From Flectonema sp. DT1601 (taxonomy: Eukaryota): a stretch of DNA of 64,000 nt. Every line of letters starts with the position of its first letter. The first letter of the stretch is position 1. Below, piece after piece: positions 34,741 to 42,805 of this stretch. The position numbers and the translations under genes were made by a program. The notes under the pieces are model-generated. The model had not been told where the DNA came from. It saw only the letters and a program-made list of their open reading frames with translations, and did not search any database. The stretch lies in NCBI GenBank assembly GCA_964019425.1, contig OZ025806.1, positions 372,001 to 436,000 on the forward strand, read 5' to 3'.

Positions 34741-37700
34741 CTTGACAAACGAACACCGTCAACTTCAAATTCTAAAAATGACTCACATCATAGTAAAGTT
34801 CTGGTGAAGCCGACTACTGTAACAGCACCGACTATCTCTCAAACTGAAAAAGAACTGACCCGAAGTTTATTACTGCTGGCAGGCGACGTTGAACGCAACC
34901 CTGGACCTGAAAATTCGTTACTCTCAGTGTTGAGCTGGAACTGTAGATCGATAAGTCAGAAGGGGTCTTATATTCAAAGACTCCTTTCTCACTACTCGCC
35001 GGATGTACTGTGCTTACAGGAAACCTGGTCGAAGGAACACATTTCGCACCCTGGCTATTATACATATAGGAAGGACAGAAATACAAAAGGTGGTGGCATT
35101 ATAATAATGGCAAAGAGATGCTTCTCACAAGGAATCAGTGATGAAGAATTGTTTTCGAGAACAAGCGGTATCGAAGCTATGATGCTGAATGTTGGTGGTG
35201 TCAATGTTATTAACGTTTACGCTCCCCCTGGGTGTATCATTAGAGAAGATGATCTTCCGATCACAACGAAGTCTATTATTGCGGGCGACTTCAACGCACA
35301 CAACCTCGTCTGGTCTACCAGGACAACCAAATCTGGTAAAGAATTATTTAATTGGGCGGATCGCAATGACGTTCTCGTAGCAAACAGACCTGGTCAAATA
35401 ACTCGGCCCAAACACGACATTCCTGGCGGTGGTACCTCACCTGACGTTATATTCTTTAAAGGATCAATTGTATTAGAAGAATTTTCAATCATAAATGAAG
35501 ACAGTAAACATAACTCGGATCATCGACCTCTACTCGCTATCTTCGACACAATGGCTCACCTCTCTCAAGCAACAGTTGGAGCAAGGAAACGAACTGTCTG
35601 GGATTTCAAATCTACAAACTGGAGTGCTTTCAGACAGCAACTTGATAGAAGAATTGATAGGGCTAAGTTCTCGGATGATGCCACTGGTAATGTTGGATTA
35701 TTAAATAACATAATACATGAAGTAGCTGCGAGGAACGTGCGGAGGAGAATCTTATTTAAGGGCAAGCGCCGACGTAAGTGGAAGACCTCTTCACCTGAAT
35801 CTATAAAATCAAAAGGTAGTCACCTGAAAGACCAACTGAGGAAGGGGAACAACTTTAACTTCGCCTTCAAGAAGATTAAAGAACTCCAACAGGACGCTGG
35901 TAAGGACATCAGCGTATCAAATATATCTGAGAACGATTTACCTGCAGCATTTCTGGACCTCTTTGTGGCCGATGGGGATGCTGCTAAACTCGAAGCCCCT
36001 TCATTGAAGAAAGAAGACTTGGAATTGGACATCTGTTGTGACTTCACAGATACCGAGATATCAGCAGCAATTAAAAACCTGAAGCCTCGCAAAGCAGCAG
36101 GCCCTGACGGTATTCACAACGAAATGCTTAAGAACTTATCTCAGAAGGCAGTTGACTGTTTATTAAAGGTGATCAATTCTTCGTGGAGATCCTCCAATGT
36201 TCCATATCTTTGGAAACAGGGGTTAATCAAACCGATGTTCAAGTCGGGCAAACCGCGGAACGATATTAAAAGCTACAGACCAATCACACTCACTTCGGTT
36301 GTTGGCAAACTGGCTGAGAGGTTGGTGTACGACAGGCTCATGCATTGGCTTACCGAAAACTCAGCACTCAGTCCGATTCAAGCTGGCTTCAGACGGGGCA
36401 GAAATACCTGCGAACAAATCACAATTCTGGTGGACGCCATGGTAAACAACCACACGAAGGGGAGGAGGTCAGTCTTCTTGTCATTCGATTTCACAGCAGC
36501 CTTCGATAGGATTAACCATCGAATTTTACTTTCAAAACTACAAAGAATGGGCATCCCAACCTTCATCGTTCGATGGATAACGGACTTTCTAACCAATAGG
36601 AAGGTCAGAGTTGATGCAAATGGACATTTCAGTAAGTTTCGTACGCTGTCAAAAGGAGTGCCTCAAGGATCAATCTTAGGCCCACTACTCTATTTAATAT
36701 ATGTTGACGATCTGTGTAAGATTCTCTCACAAGAGAAGGAAACGACTTTGACCGCACTGTATGCAGACGACACCGCTTGTGCAGTATTTGGCTCGACCAT
36801 GGACGAAGCAATCTCAAACGCTCAACGAATACTTGACATCGTTGACAAGTGGTGCCGTGATAATGACATGGCACTTTCAGTCTCCAAGACTTGCGCTCTG
36901 AAAATGGATATTCAATCGAAAGAAGTAACCCTGACTGATACTAGCGACCGCGAACTCTTATTCTCAAAATCACTGGAAGTACGTTCGTTAGATATTGACT
37001 ATTTTGATCTAGACAGCGTGATCAACACGACGACGACAAGGCCCACTTTACTGAGTGGTGAAACGATCCTCGAAGTAGAGGGGAAACCCATCAGGACTCA
37101 ACAAGAATTAGAAGATTTACTGATGTTGAACATCCACGACGAGATGAATGTCAAAGCGAAAATTAAAATTGCCTTCCTACTGCCGATCACGGACTCAGTG
37201 AAATATCTGGGTGTTTACATTGATAACAGGCTCAGGTTTGATAAACAGTTAGAGAAAATACACGACGAACTGAAGAAAGGGATCTCCCTTCTGCAGTGCC
37301 TCCAGCCATATGAATTGGACTACAAGACCCTAAAGATGGTTAAAAACTTGTACGTGACAGCGAGGATTTCCTATGCACTGGACAGCTTTGGTTGGTTGCT
37401 CAACCAGCATAAAACGGATGCTATCGACTTCGAGATGAGAAAAATAGCGAGACTCGTAACAGGATGCAGCAGATGTACTCCGAGGGAGTTGCTCCTTTGG
37501 GAAGCCGACATCTTACCGTTTAAAAGACAAATCGAAAAGCAGACTAAAATTGCCTATTTCAGGTACAAAGCCATGACCTGGGTGCCGGACACCAACTCAC
37601 TCGCATCGCCTCGAAGCTTCTGGGGTGGCCTCATTCCCCGTTCTGAAGGTCAACTAGAAAGTGTGGGGATCGTTCAACCTGACTCTATCAAACCTTGGAT

Positions 37701-38721
37701 TGCTTCGGACAATGTTCAAATCAGCAACAGCTGCGGTTTTACAAAATCCCCTGATCCCGCAGTGGACAGGGAGAAATTCCTTACCTACAACGCGACACTT
37801 CCTCCGGTGGACATGGTGATCAACTGTGACGGTTCATACTCTTCGAATGCGTCAGGCGCGGCTCTCATTGCTAGGTCACGAGACGGAAAGAAACGTGCTC
37901 ATGCGACCAGATTAGTGCGTGCGGATTGCAGCTACAGAACTGAGCAACATGCCTTGAAAAATGCGGCAAACTACTTAAACTGGAAGGTACAGAAAGACGG
38001 GCTAACTAAGTCAGTCAGAATCTATACCGACTCAAAATCATTGTTGGACGAGTTGAAGGGTGGCAGGTGTAAACAGAGAAACACCAGATCCCTCGGCATC
38101 CTCGAGAACCTACGGAACTGCGGTATGAAAGTACATCTTCAATTCATCCCTTCTCATATGGGGATAGAAGCACACGACGAAGTTGATGAACTTGCTAAGA
38201 AATCGGCTCACAACAGATACCTCCCTCAAATCCCAATCCGAGGATCCTTCTTCTATCACAAATCCCGAGTGAGGAGGGGGATCACGAAGGACATTTGGAA
38301 CAGAATTGGTTACACTTGCTATAAAAACACCGTCAAAGGTGCCGCGATAAAATATCCTCCCGACATGAAAAGGAGCGATGAAATCAGAATTGCGAATTTT
38401 AGAACGGGGTGTCATCCACTGATGCAAAACTGGCGGAAAGCCATCAAATGTCCATTCTGCCATAGCGCTCCATCCAACCAACTCCACCTACTCGTAGGCT
38501 GTCCATCACAGAAACTCGATGCAGCCAGATATGAAATCCTTGGCTTTTCTACATTGACAGGCAAATGGGACCGATCAAGTGATCTAATCCTCATCAACGG
38601 CATTCCTGCCAGTCTTGGCTCAATCTTTGCCACCAGCTGGCTTCCTTCAGTAGCGATGTTGATCAGGTGGATGGAACAAGCATCCAACCTGAGACTTTGG
38701 AATTGTGTAGGTGACACGTAG
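34741..38721 (+). CDS. LINE ORF2: 2A-like peptide, AP endonuclease, reverse transcriptase, RNase H, C-terminal zinc finger
   Basis: LLLLAGDVERNPGP; SWNCRS, LQETW, GDFNAH, SDH; YRPITLTS, GVPQGSILGP, YADD, KYLG; CDGS, YTDS, PSHMG; CPFC...HLLVGC. The frame is open from 34741. Confidence 0.95.
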   Translation, partial: LDKRTPSTSNSKNDSHHSKVLVKPTTVTAPTISQTEKELTRSLLLLAGDVERNPGPENSLLSVLSWNCRSISQKGSYIQRLLSHYSPDVLCLQETWSKEHISHPGYYTYRKDRNTKGGGIIIMAKRCFSQGISDEELFSRTSGIEAMMLNVGGVNVINVYAPPGCIIREDDLPITTKSIIAGDFNAHNLVWSTRTTKSGKELFNWADRNDVLVANRPGQITRPKHDIPGGGTSPDVIFFKGSIVLEEFSIINEDSKHNSDHRPLLAIFDTMAHLSQATVGARKRTVWDFKSTNWSAFRQQLDRRIDRAKFSDDATGNVGLLNNIIHEVAARNVRRRILFKGKRRRKWKTSSPESIKSKGSHLKDQLRKGNNFNFAFKKIKELQQDAGKDISVSNISENDLPAAFLDLFVADGDAAKLEAPSLKKEDLELDICCDFTDTEISAAIKNLKPRKAAGPDGIHNEMLKNLSQKAVDCLLKVINSSWRSSNVPYLWKQGLIKPMFKSGKPRNDIKSYRPITLTSVVGKLAERLVYDRLMHWLTENSALSPIQAGFRRGRNTCEQITILVDAMVNNHTKGRRSVFLSFDFTAAFDRINHRILLSKLQRMGIPTFIVRWITDFLTNRKVRVDANGHFSKFRTLSKGVPQGSILGPLLYLIYVDDLCKILSQEKETTLTALYADDTACAVFGSTMDEAISNAQRILDIVDKWCRDNDMALSVSKTCALKMDIQSKEVTLTDTSDRELLFSKSLEVRSLDIDYFDLDSVINTTTTRPTLLSGETILEVEGKPIRTQQELEDLLMLNIHDEMNVKAKIKIAFLLPITDSVKYLGVYIDNRLRFDKQLEKIHDELKKGISLLQCLQPYELDYKTLKMVKNLYVTARISYALDSFGWLLNQHKTDAIDFEMRKIARLVTGCSRCTPRELLLWEADILPFKRQIEKQTKIAYFRYKAMTWVPDTNSLASPRSFWGGLIPRSEGQLESVGIVQPDSIKPWIASDNVQISNSCGFTKSPDPAVDREKFLTYNATLPPVDMVINCDGSYSSNASGAALIARSRDGKKRAHATRLVRADCSYRTEQHALKNAANYLNWKVQKDGLTKSVRIYTDSKSLLDELKGGRCKQRNTRSLGILENLRNCGMKVHLQFIPSHMGIEAHDEVDELAKKSAHNRYLPQIPIRGSFFYHKSRVRRGITKDIWNRIGYTCYKNTVKGAAIKYPPDMKRSDEIRIANFRTGCHPLMQNWRKAIKCPFCHSAPSNQLHLLVGCPSQKLDAARYEILGFSTLTGKWDRSSDLILINGIPASLGSIFATSWLPSVAMLIRWMEQASNLRLWNCVGDT

Positions 38722-39217
38722 TCGCCATTTAAGTGTTTTATCAATATTTAGTATTTTCATCATTATCAATCATCTCCTGGTTGGGTAACTGCACATCACC
38801 TTCGGTGTTGTCGCAGTGTCTCTTCCAACACTCCTGTCTCCTTTTTCTCCTATTCTCCTTATAAATTTCTCTTGAGGGCAGGCCTTCGGGCTGTTCAAGT
38901 GGTCTTTGACCACCGCTCTAGTTATATGCTCGATTCTTTGTTTTTCCTTATCGATGGTAGGAATGGTAACCGAATTAGCTTCGTGTGTCCAATTTCAAGG
39001 ACGCGTGACCATTTATTTTTTCCCGTTGCCGCTCTTCTTACGTCCTCAGGCGGAGCCTACCTATGTTTCCCGTGTTTTCCAATTTGTCAGACTTAAACCA
39101 AAAGAAAGTATAAAAGAAAGACAAAACAAAGAAGTGAAAAGAACAAAAACAAAGAGTCTGGAAGCACAGACGAGTGTAACCAAAAAAAAAAAAAAAAAAA
39201 AAACTTTTTTTTACAGC

Positions 39218-39300
39218 GACCCGTTAGTCGAGAGGTAGTACCTCCACCTTATATCCCAGAGGTACCCGGCTCGAATCCCGATACGACCTTTTTTTTTTTT
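39218..39300 (+). promoter_or_regulatory. Degenerate tRNA-like Pol III cassette (A box, B box, T-run) inside the MULE
   Basis: TAGTCGAGAGG (39225-39235), GGCTCGAATCC (39268-39278), T12 at 39289-39300; cloverleaf stems are poor. Confidence 0.5.
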
Positions 39301-39450
39301 ACCCAAAACCTGATGGAAAAAGAGAGCGTGACAAAGGCAATTCAAAATAAGACCAGACGTGGCAAAAGTGTCAAAACACATGCATATGGCAATCAGAGTT
39401 TTCTTTTTAGAGAGGGATAAACATTGTTGAACAAGTCAGTGGCCAGTAAG

Positions 39451-41412
39451 TCAGTCAGAATCTGTCGTTGAAGTTGAGTAAGACTCTGTCGTTGAAGTTG
39501 AGTAAGATGAGTAGGATGACTGTGCACTTAAAGATTGTGAGTCCGAATCAGAGGATTCACATCGCTTTCGCTTCTTCTTGACTGTCTTTGCTGCTGGCTT
39601 TGCTGCTACTTTCTTTGCTGCTGGCTTTGCTGCTGGCTTTGCTGCTGGCTTTGCTGCTGGCTTTGCTGCTGCTTTCTTCGCTGCTGGCTTTGCTGCTGGC
39701 TTTGATGATTGCGAGGTTGGTTTCCGACAACTTCGTTTGTTGTGACCTTTAGCGTCGCAGTTGGAGCACGTCAGGGTCCTTGATTCACCGTTGGAGCGAA
39801 TCCGAACCTTTCTTCTTCTCCCGACACCCTTCTGCACAACAGGGGGTTTCGTGCCGTCGAATTGAAGCTGTCCGGTAGGTATCGCCTGTGGGTACACAGA
39901 GACGCGGTAGAGCTCTCTGTAGCTGCTCATTCTGGTGTAGGGAGGCAAAGAGGTTTCGTGAGTAAAGACATTATTGCGCTGATGTGTCAATACTCTGACT
40001 GTGTGGATGCAAGGTAGGTTGTGGCGGAGGAAATCAGGACAGCCACACACTAATGTTCCATCTTTCAGACACACCAACCACCCGTGTTCTCGTCGTACTT
40101 CCCATTGTCCTTCACCCAGTGGTGTGACAGCATGGTTGTTTGCTGAGGTGGCACTCCCCCGAACGAACAACTCCACTGTCGGAACCGGATAGTTCGCAGG
40201 AACGTCAGCATGCATCTCGCGTCGGCTGGCGTAGGTGTCCGTTGTCCAACAACGGGTGTCCTTTATCACAGATAAAAGACTCCCTTGCCGAGTCTCCTTG
40301 AACACGGCGTTGACGCATTCCGACGCGTTGGAGGTGTAGGTGTTGCATCTGGGGACACCCGAAGGCCAGTAAGCGTCTGACCACCTTTCAAGGTTTGACT
40401 TAAGCAGATAACGATGGGCACGTTTTCCGTACTTGTCCTTTATCCCTTGAAGGCACGTCTCGGCCTCTGTTTCGATGCTTAGCTTGCTAATCTTCCACAC
40501 TAACAACGTCGCATCAACCTTCGGTATCTTCGTCTGGCTGGCCACGTTGCCAACCAAGTGCTGCACGCACAAAGCATGGTGCAACACGACTCCGTGCAGG
40601 GAGGTGTCGGACTCCAGCCCCTTCTGCCTGTCGGAAATCAAGACGAACCTTTTCAGTCGGTCGCCAAAATGGTTCTTCAGGTGGGTGTGGTGGTATGCCC
40701 ATCCCTCGTGGTTTTCGACCACTCCAACCGAGTAGGCTAAAGGCATAACATGCCTTTCGGCGTCGATCCCCACGGTGATGAACAAGCACCCACCAAACGG
40801 ACCCGTCAGACTGCATGCATCGCTGCAGATGACAGGTGCCAGGTGCTCAGCTGTTTCTGGCCTCACAAAAGACCAAAACACCCTCTCAAAAGCACCATCA
40901 TCTCTCTTCTCGATGTTCCAGTACATCTGGCTGTTGCGCTGTTGGAGATCGGTGAGGTACGGTGCTATCAGGCCGTACTGCTCGCCCATCAACCCGTGGA
41001 CCTTCTCCTTGGCCTTCTCCAGACCCCTCTCCACAGTCTTTTTGGGGACCGCAACGTCGCGGAATGACTTTAAGTCAATTGCCGCTTGTTTCGGCCCGTA
41101 GTCAAACTGACTGGCTACCTTCTCTTCCAAAATACTGGAAATCCAGTCCGACGTGCCATCGCAGCCCCGCCTCGCTTCCCCAGGTGCGCAAGTGTGACTC
41201 TCCACCTTCGTCACGCGGCACTCCCCCTCCACCACCTTTGCCTTCACCGTCCATTGGCATTCGTCGTTTGGACAGGCGAGGGTGAGGTACGTGGGGCACC
41301 TTCTCTGCACCCTGCAGCTGTGTCCTAGCACAGTGTTCACCCGAAACACAGTCTGGATCAGTTCTTCCTGTGTGCGGAAGTAGTCTCCAACAGCATAAGT
41401 AGTAGCAGGCAT
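39451..41412 (-). CDS. MULE (MuDR-like) transposase with SWIM finger, CCHC knuckle and KPAA-repeat tail
   Basis: ICSDAC, ISDRQKGL, CVQH, TSNASE; CGC..F...LPCIH; CSNCDAKGHNKRSC; intact 653 aa. Confidence 0.95.
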   Translation of the reverse strand: MPATTYAVGDYFRTQEELIQTVFRVNTVLGHSCRVQRRCPTYLTLACPNDECQWTVKAKVVEGECRVTKVESHTCAPGEARRGCDGTSDWISSILEEKVASQFDYGPKQAAIDLKSFRDVAVPKKTVERGLEKAKEKVHGLMGEQYGLIAPYLTDLQQRNSQMYWNIEKRDDGAFERVFWSFVRPETAEHLAPVICSDACSLTGPFGGCLFITVGIDAERHVMPLAYSVGVVENHEGWAYHHTHLKNHFGDRLKRFVLISDRQKGLESDTSLHGVVLHHALCVQHLVGNVASQTKIPKVDATLLVWKISKLSIETEAETCLQGIKDKYGKRAHRYLLKSNLERWSDAYWPSGVPRCNTYTSNASECVNAVFKETRQGSLLSVIKDTRCWTTDTYASRREMHADVPANYPVPTVELFVRGSATSANNHAVTPLGEGQWEVRREHGWLVCLKDGTLVCGCPDFLRHNLPCIHTVRVLTHQRNNVFTHETSLPPYTRMSSYRELYRVSVYPQAIPTGQLQFDGTKPPVVQKGVGRRRKVRIRSNGESRTLTCSNCDAKGHNKRSCRKPTSQSSKPAAKPAAKKAAAKPAAKPAAKPAAKPAAKKVAAKPAAKTVKKKRKRCESSDSDSQSLSAQSSYSSYSTSTTESYSTSTTDSD

Positions 41413-41817
41413 CTTTTAATTTTTTTTTGTGGAAAGCTGCAACAAAAAAACTTTGTAATAAAAATTAAGAATTTTTTTTTTTTTTAAAATCTGTCAAGTT
41501 CGAGTCCCGGTGCGGTAACTTTTTTCCCTAATATTTCGGCCGATGGTCAATTTTTCGGGTCAAGTTCGAGTCCTGGTGGATAACTTTTTTTTGTAGGGAG
41601 TTGGCGATTTCGCAAACTATTTTTGTTGAATTAGAGGTTTTCCCTTTAAAATTTAAAATATATTTATTTCCTTCGTTCTTCGGTCAGTCTGAGGTATACT
41701 TTGTGGATGTTTTTTTTTTTTTTTTTTTTTTTTTTTTGAAACTTAATTCACCTTAAATCTTCACACAGTTTGATTCTAACGAATGGTAACTTTTCAATAA
41801 AAAAACGACAAATAAAA

Positions 41818-42450
41818 ATGAACATCTCACTGGTTTGCCCTGATTTAGACTTACCTACCGTATCAGTGATAGCAGGTATTGATACGCTGGTCCTGAACGC
41901 CTTGAATGTTGCAGCCAAAGAGTGGGATGTCAATGCGACAGAGTTTGACGTTACATTTGAGGGAGAGCAGCTGCCCATCGCAACTCGATTAACATCTCAT
42001 GGAATTGTTGGTGATTCAATTTTGGTATTTGTTAAAACAAAACTATGAAACCCTTCTCTGTGAATGAATTTAGGGAGATAAACTACCAAAGTATTCGTTT
42101 CGCAATTGCCAATTTTAAAAAATAAGGAGCTAATTAATGTTTCCTAGAGAGATCTCGCAATCGTTGTGACTCCTCCTCTCTGGTGTGACTCCTCCTCTCT
42201 GGTGTGACTCCTCCTCTCTGGTGACAATTAATGTTCCAAGCATGCTATCAGATTGCCTGAAGCTGTATCAAATAGTTGATCCTCTGTAAGTATACTCCGA
42301 TGTACAAATACTTTGACTTCAATAAATAAATATATGCAGGTCATCTCACCACATTAGATTTATCAAATTTCTGTAGCGTCGACAACTATCGGAATCATTG
42401 CAGGCTGTTGATTTGTTAGGTCTGCACAATAATTGAATTACCTTCACCCA
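41818..42450 (+). pseudogene. Decayed ubiquitin-like plus BspA-type leucine-rich-repeat gene
   Basis: Ubl-like 76-aa ORF (FDVTFEGEQL..ATRLTSHGIVGDSIL), followed by broken LRR pieces HLTTLDLSNFCSV/TTIG (near 42342) and VDLLGLHN (near 42406). Confidence 0.5.
42165..42225 (+). repeat. 19-bp minisatellite, about 3 copies
   Basis: tgtgactcctcctctctgg repeated. Confidence 0.9.
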
Positions 42451-42728
42451 GTGATTGTATCGCGTTGCGAGGTTTGATCAGAAGAACTCAACGTCTCTGT
42501 TTGACGAACTTACGTCAATCGAATGCGGGAATTGAACTTGTTGAATCCATCTAATGTTGTTGACGTTTTTGGTTCTATTTGTAACCTCTGATGTAAAGGT
42601 TTTCCAGGAGAGGCGGGTGATCTCATTCTCTTTTCTTATTTTGTACACTTCCTCGACCGACGTCGTTGTTCTTCCTTTTACAATCCAACCGAATGATACT
42701 TCCCTTGACTTAGAGTGCGAAGAATGAT

Positions 42729-42762
<34 letters not shown>

Positions 42763-42805
42763 ATCAATCAGCTACAAAAAAAAAAAAAAAGAAAAATTAA
42801 AAAAA

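Larger units (their letters stand above)
33230..39203 (+). mobile_element. Full-length APE-type non-LTR retrotransposon (I-group/Ingi-like: APE, RT, RNase H, zinc finger)
   Basis: Two long ORFs, poly(A) at 39182-39203, and a candidate TSD aaaaaacttt at 33220-33229 and 39198-39207 that overlaps the A-tail. Confidence 0.93.
33128..41644 (-). mobile_element. Complete Mutator-like (MULE) DNA transposon containing a nested LINE
   Basis: About 47-bp imperfect TIRs (gggaaaacc...gcgaaatcgccaactc and gagttggcgatttcgc...ggttttccc) and a perfect 9-bp TSD tttaaaatt at 33119-33127 and 41645-41653. Confidence 0.95.

Noticed and set aside
38770..38900. Possible HDV-like ribozyme in the LINE 3' UTR
   Set aside because: Only isolated hairpins are visible; I could not build the nested double pseudoknot.
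39218..39290. Functional tRNA gene
   Set aside because: The acceptor and T stems do not pair properly; only the A/B boxes are recognisable.
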